64,000 nucleotides of DNA, taken from positions 22,776,210 through 22,840,209 of the forward strand of contig NC_134030.1 in NCBI RefSeq assembly GCF_964204645.1, given 5' to 3'. Positions 37,701 through 50,500 of this stretch are shown one piece after another. Each line of letters starts with the position of its first letter. The stretch's first letter is position 1. This DNA is from Tubulanus polymorphus. Lineage: Eukaryota > Animalia > Nemertea. The notes beneath the pieces are model-generated. The model was given only the letters and a program-made list of their open reading frames with translations, had not been told where the DNA came from and searched no databases. The position numbers were made by a program, and so were the translations under genes.

Positions 37701-38849
37701 CAGTAGGCGACATACAACATAACAAATGTGTATCATAGATAAACTACATACTTTCCTCACGTAATTTTATGCTGCATAAATTACCCCCATTTCAGATGCA
37801 GACGTCGATCGTCCGGTGAAGGTCACGTGGAGACTTCAACACCACAGCAACTGCTCGAAGCAACAGACGTGTTGTTAAACGCCTACGAAGATCCGGATGA
37901 TTACAGAAATTCCGATAATGTTTCAAACAGAAAACTTGTGAGAAAATCTGAAACTAGATTACAACATAACGTACAAACTCGTAAAGCCACAACTCCTTAT
38001 ATGGACATGGGAGCCGAGAAGGGCAAAGATACAACTCCTTATATGGATATGGGAGCCGGGAAGGGCAAAGATACAACTCCTTATATGGATATGGGGGCCG
38101 GGAAGGGCAAAGATACAACTCCTTATATGGATATGGGAGCCGGGAAGGGCAAAGATACAACTCCTTATATGGATATGGGGGCCGGGAAGGGCAAAGACAC
38201 AACTCCTTATATGGATATGGGGGCTGGTAAGGGCAAAGACACAACTCCTTATATGGATATGGGGGCCGGTAAGGGCAAAGATACAACTCCTTACATTGAT
38301 ATGGAAGCCGGGAAGGGCAAAGGCACAACTCCTTATATGGATATGGAAGTCGGGAAGGGCAAAGACACAACTCCTTATATGGATATGGAAGCCGGGAAGG
38401 GCAAAGATACCACTCCTTATATGGATATGACAGCTGGGATTGGCAAAGATACCACTCCTTATATGGATATGGAAGCCGGGAAGGGCAAAGATACCACTCC
38501 TTATATGGATATGGAAGCTGGGAAGGGCAAAGATACAACTCCTTATATGGATATGGAAGCCGGGAAGGGCAAAGATACCACTCCTTACATGGATATGGAA
38601 GCCGGGAAGGGCAAAGATACAACTCCTTATATGGATATGACAGCTGGGAAGGGCAAAGATACAACTCCTTATATGGATATGACAGCTGGGAAGGGCAAAG
38701 ATACAACTCCTTATATGGATATGACAGCTGGGAAGGGCAAAGATACAACTCCTTATATGGATATGGAAGCCGGGAAGGTGGAAAGTTTGAAGAGAGATAC
38801 TACAGTTACATATATAAATTTGGATATTGTGGAGTTTGGAAAGAGATAA
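34775..38849 (+). CDS. Type-A receptor A2 (~536 aa); exons 34775-34874, 34970-35305, 36482-36507, 37165-37259, 37796-38849
   Basis: In-frame GT-AG junctions with the same phases as A1. Signal/propeptide MMLKNCFVLMCVVVLLQLGNIHSTELSLMRRKR, an Ig-like exon, TM IYITCGVTGFILIVLIAVFTT followed by RR, and a last exon that continues into ORF 37827..38849. Confidence 0.87.
35897..36166. mobile_element. ~270 bp near-perfect palindrome made of two inverted Penelope-like terminal fragments
   Basis: 35897-36015 is the reverse complement of 36048-36166. It is absent from the homologous A1 intron (~5660). Confidence 0.7.
36048..36082 (+). ncRNA. Minimal hammerhead ribozyme-like motif (mirror copy on the minus strand at 35981-36015)
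   Basis: ctgacga-t-gatctc-tagggt-gagatc-gaaa-cgtc gives a CUGAnGA core, perfect 6 bp stem II, GAAA and palindromic ACGU stem III, as in Penelope-like elements. Confidence 0.6.
37985..38780 (+). repeat. Coding tandem repeat, 42 bp / 14 aa unit (DTTPYMDM[GET]AGKGK), 19 copies
   Basis: Read directly from the sequence and ORF 37827..38849. Confidence 0.95.
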
Positions 38850-41518
38850 TATAAAACTGGTTTTCTTACCTCTCGTGGAATCTGATCGCATATAATCTGC
38901 TGAAGAAAGTGACTAAATAGATGCAGGTCGCAAAGTAAACCGATTAAGGGTCAACTGGATATTCTAATGATACGACCCAATTCAATTATTCCATTGATAT
39001 TTTAAGATATTATCAAAGGGTTTCAGTAGTATAGGAGTTGTTTTGCCCTATCGACAGAAAACCTATTTTTATTCCGATGATTATTATCGCAGAAAAGAAT
39101 CTTGTTTTTTGTACATCATTATCGTTAGGGTTTTCTCGTAATAACAGATTGTATACACTTGTAAATTCGCTCATTGAAAAATGATGTGAAATGCATGGGA
39201 TAACGTATTATTTTCCTCCTGGGTTCAGCTTCATGAAAAGATTGAAGCTTAAATTGCAGTTAAGTTTGAATTGTTGTCCTCATTGAAAACATGAAGTAAC
39301 AAATAGCAATTACACCTAGAAATCGTGGAGTTAAACTTGTGTGCGAAACCGAGCCCTGGATAATTGTGATTACGTGATTGCTAAGAAATATTGGCTAGTT
39401 AAAGTGAAACAACATGTATCCAAGATGGGAAAATGATGTTCAAGCGATTGATTTAATTGTGAAGAACGATTCGAATGCATGAAATCTTTCCATCAGTTTA
39501 AATGAAAAACGTTATGATCTGTTTTCTGTGCCTTTCCAATAGTTTGTGATTTTCATATTCAAATCTTCGAATGTATTTTATGCAAACAAGATTAATCGCG
39601 ACTTTTCAGAAAAAAATCCAATGCTCAATGTTTTTCTCTCGTTTTTAAATTGTTTACTTACTCCTGATTTTATCATTTATACTTTTCCGTGAAATAAATA
39701 TAATAACTCTTCCCAATTCACTCTCATCGCCTATCTTTGCTTCATTCTTTTTCATTGTCTTTTCTCCAATTTCTCATTCTGATTGGGCATTCAAATACAT
39801 TTGAAAGATAAAGATAATTGATCGAAGTTTATTCAACGTTTTTTCTCTCTATCTTCAAGAGTGCTTCTGGCTTTTGCTTGGTCTCATTAGAAAATCACCA
39901 TACGAATACATCATCAATGACTTATCCGAGCGGTGCGATCGGGTTCGAGTCCCCTGACATATTTTTTCAGTTAATCATACGGTTCATGGATGACTTTGTG
40001 TCTGTCTAAAGTACATAGTTTTAGTTTTATGAGGTATTATCATTTATATGACTCATATTCTATTATATAAGAGCCATTAGACTTTTATCAATCTGTTAAA
40101 CTCAGTTAGTTTCACTTTGTCTCATTCAGGTTTGCTGTGACAAATTTTCTATGGTTTTCAGAAGGTTCGCAGATCACTTGTTCCTTTCTAAAGTACATTG
40201 TCTTAGTTTTTTTATGAGGTGTTATCATTTATATCGACGTATATTCCATCCACGCAATATTTAGAGCCATTATTCCGGTTGTACATATTCTAGCCCCAAT
40301 GATCTTAATCAATCCATCAAATCAGTTACTTTCACTTTGTCTCGTATTAAACACAAATAAACTGCTTTAGTCTCAGGTTTCATATGACATATTTTTTTCA
40401 TTTAATCATAAAGGTTCACTTTGTGCCTAGATATGTACCAACCAATCACCTGTGTGCCTATAGTAGATAAGAACCAACTGATGAGTTTTCCCAGTATTGA
40501 CCTATATTCTATTCGTCCGTGTCGTTTATCGTCGACTCATTACGTTTGTGTAGTCTCACCCTATAGCATTGTATTTCATAGGATACTTTCATTTTCCCAG
40601 ATATTTTCTTTAAGCTGATAGAAGATCTTATGTGAAGTTAACAATGTATCATGTAGCTTGTTTGACTTTTTAAATGCGTGTCAGAATGAGGATTGTATTT
40701 TGAGATACTTTCATTTTCCCAGATATTTTCTTCAAGCCGAATGAAGATCATACGTGAAGTTAACAATTGATTGTGCAGATTGTTTGACTTTTTAAACTGC
40801 ATCAGAACGAGGATTATTTGTTTAGCATTAATTGTTATGGATATTTAGAGTAGTTTCACTTTTTCTGATACACAATTTTTGAATTGTTTCATTCAGGTAA
40901 AACTTATTTCCTCCTAGATTTCATTTCACATCAGATTTTGCTTTCAGGAAACGGTTTAAGCTTTAGACGGTTAAATTCCGATTGGTTTCCTCGTTACATT
41001 TCGTCTTTCCTAGAAAATGCGATGGGGGTGAGTAAACCCGGTCCATCGCTTTTTCCGTCAGTCATCTCCGATCCGAGTTTTTGATCATTCGCCGTCGTAT
41101 CTCGTTTAGATATCACAAATTCAGTTGTATTTCGTTATTTCTGAAGATTAATCATAGGATATAACCGAAATCTTCCAGATTCTAAATAAACCTCGTCAAA
41201 CTTGATATACTAACCAATAATAACAGCTGAACCGAAAATTCAAGTTATCTTCAGTACAAAATTCATGTTTTTTATGCAGTGACTGATACAACACTTGGAC
41301 GTAGACAAACATTTCCTATACTGTGCATACAGATATTTATATGTTTAGTTTACGAGTGAACACCAAATTCTATAGATGAAAATAAGAATATTGATTAAAA
41401 TAAGAAAATGAGAATATAATTATCAATATAATTGTTACTAGTATTATGTTCAATATTGTTTGTATGTGACGATGATCTGAAGTTTGTGTCTTTATTTCTA
41501 GGTAATGAATGAATCAAG

Positions 41519-44500
41519 ATGAGGAATCAATCGAGAAATCTGCAGCAGTTTGAATTGATCTGCGTGATTTTACTGTTGATTCTGATCCCGTACAGCAACA
41601 GCCCACAAGCGTTTAGACTCTTTAAGAGAAATACAGGTAAGACAACGTGAAAGAACATATCATAGAGTATATATGGAAAACGTATTACATAAGATAAAAC
41701 TTATCACCAGACTTGGAAACTTGAAATATCTGGGACAAAATGATAATAGTTCAACTACATTCACCTCGTTACGTACCAATTCAATTCAATTTAATCTTTA
41801 TTGCACCGGGATATATTAATGACATTATTGACTTTTTACAATAAAAAGGAGAACAAGAATCAAGTGTCAAAATGAAGAGTACGTGTATAGTATATAAACC
41901 CGGAGATGAAAGAAACAGATAAAATTCATAGCAGTCTAAATACAAACACGATAAGATAAAGCAGATACACTAGTTTCTCTATACTATGACTAGGATTCAA
42001 TAGTCCGAGACTGTTCATATTAGTAAGAGGTAAAAAATCTGATTCAATAAACAAGTTCATATCATATCATGTACATACACATAGTTGAATCCAGCAAGAA
42101 ACATTTATAAAATTCCCAAGGCTTCAAGCCATCTGTACAGTTGACATTACGGTTCTGAATTAACATTCATTTGAGAAACACCAGCATTCCGGAAAATTTC
42201 TATATAATTCTTCAAGAAGAGTTTTCCATTGTCAGACCACATTGCATTACAACGTGAAATTCATCCTCAACAATATTACATCTATCACATAACCTACTCT
42301 CGTTTTCGCGCGCTAAAAGTGAATATAAGACTATACGATATTCAATCTGATGTTTTGAAAAATGAGCGCTAACTATCGCAAAAATGGGGACTTTTTTATT
42401 GCTGAATATTAAGCTTTGTAGCCAACTCGAAATACAGGGGCAGCACGATTCAATGTGAATGTATTACCGGGTACAAGAATATTATGTATATTGTGTATTT
42501 GATATTTCAGCACCTGATGGAGTTGTACTGAACAGTGTGAATGTATTACCGGGTACAAGAATATTACGTATATTGTGTATTTGATATTTCAGCACCTGAT
42601 GGAGTTGTACTGGACAATGTGAATGTATTACCGGGTACAAGAATATTACGTATATTGTGTATTTGATATTTCAGCACCTGATGGAGTTGTACTGGACAGT
42701 GTGAATGTATTACCGGGTACAAGAATATTACGTATATTGTGTATTTGATATTTCAGCACCTGATGGAGTTGTACTGAACAGTGTGAATGTATTACCGGGT
42801 ACAAGAATATTATTTATATTGTGTATTTGATATTTCAGCACCTGATGGAGTTGTACTAGACAGTGTGAATGTATTACCGGGTACAACAATATTACGTATA
42901 TTGTGTATTTGATATTTCAGCACCTGATGGAGTTGTACTGAACAGTGTGAATGTATTACCGGGTACAAGAATATTACGTATATTGTGTATTTGATATTTC
43001 AGCACCTGATGGAGTTGTACTGGACAGTGTGAATGTATTACCGGGTACAAGAATATTACGTATATTGTGTATTTGATATTTCAGCACCTGATGGAGTTGT
43101 ACTGAACAGTGTGAATGTATTACCGGGTATAAGAATATTACGTATATTGTGTATTTGATATTTCAGCACCTGATGGAGTTGTACTGGACAGTGTGAATGT
43201 ATTACCGGGTACAAGAATATTACGTATATTGTGTATTTGATATTTCAGCACCTGATGGAGTTGTACTGAACAGTGTGAATGTATTACCGGGTATAAGAAT
43301 ATTACTTATATTGTGTATTTGATATTTCAGCACCTGATGGAGTTGTACTGGACAATGTGAATGTATTACCGGGTACAAGAATATTACGTATATTGGGTAT
43401 TTGATATTTCAGCACCTGATGGAGTTGTACTGGACAGTGTGAATGTATTACCGGGTACAAGAATATTACGTATATTGTGTATTTGATATTTCAGCACCTG
43501 ATGGAGTTGTACTGGACAATGTGAATGTATTACCGGGTACAAGAATATTACGTATATTGGGTATTTGATATTTCAGCACCTGATGCAGTTGTACTGGACA
43601 GTGTGAATGTATTACCGGGTACAAGAATATTACGTATATTGTGTATTTGATATTTCAGCACCTGATGGAGTTGTACTGGACAGTGTGAATGTATTACCGG
43701 GTACAAGAATATTACGTATATTGTGTATTTGATATGTCAGCACCTGATGGAGTTGTACTGGACAGTGTGAATGTATTACCGGGTACAAGAATATTACGTA
43801 TATTGTGTATTTGATATTTCAGCACCTGATAGAGTTGTACTGGACAGTGTCAATGTATTACCGGGTACAAAAATATTACGTATATTGTGTATTTGATATT
43901 TCAGCACCTGATGGAGTTGTACTGGACAGTGTGAATGTATTACCGGGTACAAGAATATTACGTATATTGTGTATTTGATATTTCAGCACCTGATGGAGTT
44001 GTACTGGACAGTGTGAATGTATTACCGGGTACAAGAATATTACGTATATTGTGTATTTGATATTTCAGCACCTGATGGAGTTGTACTGAACAGTGTGAAT
44101 GTATAACCGGGTACAAGAATATTATTTATATTGTGTATTTGATATTTCAGCACCTGATGGAGTTGTACTAGACAGTGTGAATGTATTACCGGGTACAAGA
44201 ATATTACGTATATTGTGTATTTGATATTTCAGCACCTGATGGAGTTGTACTGAACAGTGTGAATGTATTACCGGGTACAAGAATATTACATATATTGTGT
44301 ATTTGATATTTCAGCACCTTATGGAGTTGTACTGGACAGTGTGAATGTATTACCGGGTACAAGAATATTACGTATATTGGGTATTTGATATTTCAGCACC
44401 TGATGGAGTTGTACTGGACAGTGTGAATGTATTACCGGATATAAATATGTTACTGTCGCAGGAAGGTAAAACTGTTAGTATTACCTGTAAACAGAGCAGC

Positions 44501-47500
44501 TCTACAGCGACAGGTGTACACTTCCAGCTGCAAGTGAACAGTGGAGCAGGAGGGACCTGGACTCCAATACCACTCGGTATATCGACGGTGTGGAAAATTG
44601 TACCCGAGGCTGGTAAACAGTATAAATGTGTAGCCACTAATTCAGCAGGAACAAAAGAAAGTCAAATCTACCAATCAGATGTGATTAGTGAGTATGGCGG
44701 GAAACCTGTATGGTTCTCCAAAAATGCAACTGAACCTAATTTCAATATTGTAGAATGCAAATGGGCTAAAAAAAAAACCTTACGACTTCAAAGGGACTCC
44801 CACAATCAGTTCAGAAAAAGACGAAAGGATCGTGAAGTAAATGAATTTATGTTAGATCTTCCTTTCAGCGTTAAATTCATTGTCATCATCAGGCAAATTC
44901 AAGCGTTGACTCTACAAGAACTTATCGTCTTTTCTGAACTGATTGACAGATCTCTGGTGCTGACTCGGATGACAATTACTAAACCAGTAGCCTTCACACA
45001 TTTACTGTTCATTGTCGGTTATCTGACAATACATGTATTTTTTGTGTCAAATTTCAACGCTCTTATTCTCTGTGGAAACAAGTCCGCATATCCTTTCATT
45101 CAGCACTTATCAAATAATGCTGGGAAAAATAGAAGAAATGTTTCCTGTGCACTTGGTATTTTTTGTATATAATTTGTATTATAGGTATAAAGATAAATGA
45201 AAACCCGTGTAAACTGCATGAATTCAAACCATCACTGGCTTGTACTTGTGAAGCCACTAGTAAGATTGGTAATCCAAACATCAAAGTAAAATGGTATGCT
45301 GATGGATATAGAGGTTCCAAAAAAATTGAGATTTTCAAAGAGCAAGGGGTAAATACTGCGCTGAAAGATGGATTAATCAACAGAAATCAGATGTATTATC
45401 TGTACAAGATTGACACAACATTGACTCAATGTCGTTTATGGAATTATAATGGGATAGAGTTACCGGAACCACTTCAAAAACAAATACTACATCAAACTAA
45501 AATGGACGTTACGTGTAAGTTGTAACATATTTTCATGAGAAAATTTCCATACAATATCAAACTGAAGTCTGATAGTTAGAACATTCTGCCGTGGTGTCCA
45601 CATATGAATGTCCCTGTCTTGTGACGTAAGAATTTAAGCTTTTTCGGTTAGAAGTTATTTATTTAGATGAAAAAATCAAACGTGTCCCTTGAGAGTTGGA
45701 CTTAAATCAAACATTATCGCCCATTTTCTCCTTTTACCTCATATTTATTATTTAATTATTGTAACAACACAAAAGTTCGCATTGTATTCCCATTAATATG
45801 TAATGTAAAAACCATTGCAGTAAAATAGTTGAAAAATTATAATATTAAAAACCAATTCAGTTGAAAAGGATTCAATTCAATTAAAGAATTTAGCAAACAT
45901 TGAATGATATCCAAAAAGTTCTTCTTTTCAGATTTTCCTGATGAAATTCTGACGAACGATACTTATACGGGACAACCTGACATTAGAACTGAAGGAGAAG
46001 TTGTAGAATATATTTGTAGAACAGAAGGTGGAAGGCCCGATCCTACAGTGATATACCAACAGAAGAGAAGAGGTTCTGAACAATGGGAGCCAATTCCTGA
46101 TCCACAACCTCGTAAAGTACCCCTCAAAGGGACGTTAAAAGGTTTTGACACGACCTACAAGTTCAATGCTGATTTCAAACTGCACAATGGAACGTCATTT
46201 CGATGTGCTGTAGAGGAGAACCTTACGTTTCCAGAACCTCAGCAATTTAATCCAATCATCGTTCATCGTAAGTAACAGATTTATTGTTGTATTTCAGAAA
46301 AGATCTTCGGCTTTTGGTGTTAAGAGTTCTCTTTGGAATAGTACCAACCCCAGTCCTGTATACCTATCCACCCTCGGCATATGGCAGATATTTGTAACAA
46401 CTTTGATTTTGTGTTTTCAATCAGATTTTGCTGCACCAGTTTACAAGAAATCCAGTGAAAATAAAACAAATGCAGCGTATATTGTGACAGTTAATAGTTA
46501 CCCATTGACTCAACAAGTTACATGTGACCCTCCAGCTGTCGTTCAAAAACTATCAACCTATCAGTGGAATATAACGATACCTATCGTAAATAGTACCACA
46601 ACTGACTATAGAGGGCGGTGTTTGGCTGACGGTATTAATGAAAGGGTTATTGATGTCGCTGGTTATCATAACGCCGGTCCAACTGATGATCTAGGTAAGA
46701 TTCCGGGTCACAAACGGATGATTTTTATCTGAATCTGAACAAATGTTTTAGGTCCTCGGCGTCATCATCTCTTAACTGGATGAATTTTATGCAGTCTTAC
46801 GTCGCCGTAGGAAAAGTCGCAACAAATTCGTCTTTAAGATCCGCCATTTTATATTTTCATTTCTATTTACTAAGTTTAAGTCATCATTTGGATAAGCCAT
46901 TTACATATTGATCTGAAGACATTACTCAAAGTTATCATCGTGGAAAGTCCAAAATATTCAGCTTTCTAACTTTTTATTTAGAAGTCGTTTAACCCGATCA
47001 AGGAACAATTAGTTTCAGTTAGTTATCGGAAATTGCTGAACTTAAAGTAAATTCAAATATTAATCACTTGTGGATATTTTACATTCAAATTTCCAATTCT
47101 ATTTGAAAGTTTTTGCTTCAATTCAATTGCTGATACTTTTATCACTAGTTACAATAGAAATATTTACAGCTTTATATAATCTGATTTAATTGCTGCTCAA
47201 TTTCAGTTTCTGATGGAGGGTATGGAGGCAGAGTGTTCGGTGCTGTAATCGGTGTACTGATATTAGTGATTCTGATAATACTGTTTATACTGTGGCGTCG
47301 TGGCTGCTGTAAGTTTTACCTAAAACCATCATTAAACAGTGATGAAAAAACTGTTGAAATAAAATACTAGGTCCAGTTCCACAGTTCTGAGTTAAGATTT
47401 AACTCAGAGTTAACTCATTCAAAATGAACTGATTTTAACTCAGAGTTAACTCTAACTCACAACTGTGGAACTGGGTCCTGTATTATTTCTAATTGACAGT

Positions 47501-50500
47501 GCGGTGCAGAAAACCTAATGATGAACTGTGTAGATGTGGAAATTGTAAGTTCTGTTATAATTCATTAACACAATGCTTAAAATTTAAAAATAGTTTACAA
47601 GCCTTGAGGGATTCGGGGTCTTTTAGGTTGCCAGATACATTTCATTCTCAATTATCTGTGAAAATCTTTAATCTCGGGACCCTAATTGCACAGTCTTCTT
47701 CCGAATATGTGGTCGTCAACTATTAGACTGGTCTTAAGTCGTGAGATTGGTTATAGAACTAAAATATGTACAGACTGGTCTTAAGTTGTTAGATTGGTTA
47801 TAGAACCAAGATGAGCTTAGACTGGTCTTAAGTCGATAGATTGGTTATAGAACTAAAATATGTACAGACTGGTCTTAAATTGTTAGATTGGTTATAGAAC
47901 CAAAATGAGCTTAGACTGGTCTTAAGTTGTTAGATTGGTTATAGAACTAAAATGAGCTTAGACTAGTCTTAAGTTGTTAGATTGGCTATAGAACTAAAAT
48001 GAGCTTAGACTGGTCTTAAGTTGTTAGATTGGTTATAGAACCAAAATGAGTTTAGACTGGTATCAATTTGTTAGATTGGCTACAGAACTAAAATGAGCTT
48101 AGACTGGTCTTAAGTTGTTAGATTGGTTATAGAACTAAAATGAGTTTAGACTGGTATCAATTTGTTAGATTGGCTACAGAACTAAAATGAGCTTAGACTG
48201 GTCTTAAGTTGTTATTGGTTACATAACCAAAAATGAGTTAAGACTAGTCTTGAATATAAGCCGTAACTGTAAAACTAGCTCCTACAAAACATTTAGTTCA
48301 TTGTCAATTAAGATGATGTAATCTGCAATCTATAAGATTATCCGCTGACAAGACCGGTCTCGACAGTGGCAGATAATTGAGAGTTCATGAGGTCTGAAAT
48401 TGGCCTCACCTCTAGATACGCTCAATATCGCATACATGATTATTGCAAGTTAACATAATTTGTTTGTTTGTTTTCAGTGACTTGCAAATTACCTACTGCC
48501 GATGAACCTGATAATAAGGATGACTCCTCAGATGAACTGTGTCATTGTTGCTGCTGTGAGTTCTATATATAAACTGATAATGATTAAGAGTCAGTAACTG
48601 TAGAATAAACTGTTGTATTATTTTCTATTTGCAGTGCTGTTGAGAAGGGAGCCATGTACATGTGATTACTGTAAGTTGTATTAACATTGAAAACATTGAT
48701 CACAAAATAAATTCCCAAACTCTCGAGAAATTAATTTTCTAATTCGCAAACTGGACGGTTGATGAAGGTTACGCAGTATCATCGGTTCAATTGTCTCAAA
48801 ATCTATCATACCATTAGCTACCATTGTGTGTGGCATTTACGATATCCAAATCACAGCATCATCCATTTTCTTGGTTGGATCAATGTGTCAGGTTTTGTTG
48901 TGTGTCAGGTGAACGTGCATCATGTAGGACAAACAGTATTTCTGTTTTCTAATTTACAGTCACGCGTTTGGGTCCGGAATCTAAAGATGTGATTGAATTG
49001 TTGCGTTGGACAAGTGAAACCTGGTATCGAAGAGGTAAGATTCTCTCACATGATTTAATGCACATATTCTCAGATATCGGTTTGATGATTTTAGGTGTTG
49101 TTTTCTCTTTGTAGATCATGAGAATTGGGTGAAAACACGTGACCAACTGCAGCCGGGTATTTATTAACCCTTTATTTCCATAACATGTATAATATCTTGC
49201 ATGAACACAGTACCTGATGCCCTAATGTAATGAAGCAGTACATGTTGTTTATAATAATCGCTGTGAATCATGTACAGGATGATGGTTTTTAATTTATATA
49301 TTTGTAGCTGGAGACTTTGAGGTCATTGACACATTCAGTCCATGTATAATCATCATATGAATTGAATCAAAATTGTTTATTTATCAATCAACTATTTGCT
49401 TGTGACGTGAGTGAATTCATTTGGAACTTGATTTACTATGAATTATCTTTCATTTCGTTTATAGAAACTGTTAGAATAATTGTCGATGTTTACGGAACTG
49501 AGAATAATTGGGAGATAACGAGAGATAAGGATAAACAAGGTAAGAGGAGTGATGACTCAGTTGCCAGAGGAAGTGCAGAACCGACTGATTGGTCCCCTGC
49601 AAGTCTCTCTAAACACGACACTTCTGCCTCCTATCTTCATCCAGCAGTAATTCAAACTGTTTGATGCACAGTTTATTTGACTATTGAACAAATAATTTCT
49701 ATATTTCATTTCAGCAAAAGCTATCAAAGAATTCCTGTTTGGACAGTTATCAAGTGATCAAAGTAAGTAATGGTTTACACATAGTTTGTGTTAAGTTCAT
49801 GTACACATGCACATTAATGTGAACATGCACATGTGAGTTGTGTGAACATGTACATGTGAGTTATTGTTACATGTACATGTGAGTTATGTATTCATGTTAT
49901 GATAACGTGTACATGTGCATGTGAGTAATACATGCATGTACACGTGAATGATACATACATGTGAGGCATGCGAACATGTGCATGTGAATTAAGTATACAT
50001 GTTCATGTAAGTTTACATGCACATGTGAGTAATGTGTGCATGTACATTTGATTGATACATAGTAAGTTGTGAGTTGCGGAAACATGTTCATGTAAGTTAA
50101 CATGCACATGTGATTTGTTACATGCGCATGTGTATTAAGTTCGATCAGTGTTTATATATTTCTAGGTATGTTGAATTTGGTGAAAAAAATTCTAAGTAAG
50201 TTTATAAAATCTCATATGAATTTTCTCTTCAACTCAAACCATGTCTCTAAATGTGTTAATTATCTATTGACAGGAAAATACGCGACAATAAACAATTTGA
50301 AAATGAAACTATCAAATGAGATCGGTAAGAGTTGATTAAATACAGTTATTGATGTATGAGTTTATTGATTATTATTCTACCGTCAACTCATTTTGTAAAT
50401 GTATTACAGATATATTACTGAACAAGAAGAGGTCAATAGATGGCGCTGATGCAGTTTACAATAGAGATGAAGGTACATGATTATCTACTGTTCAAATGAA

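Noticed and set aside
8766-38891. Long minus-strand or alternate-frame ORFs over the A tails (8766-9149, 9285-10142, 10245-10430, 37954-38748, 37959-38891, 38440-38640)
   Set aside because: These are shadows of in-frame coding repeats whose unit happens to lack stops in other frames. They have no independent splice or domain support.
14265-44440. 82 bp, 47 bp and 22 bp arrays as CRISPR-like arrays
   Set aside because: Units are contiguous with no unique spacers, there are no cas genes, and the DNA is spliceosomal-intron eukaryotic.
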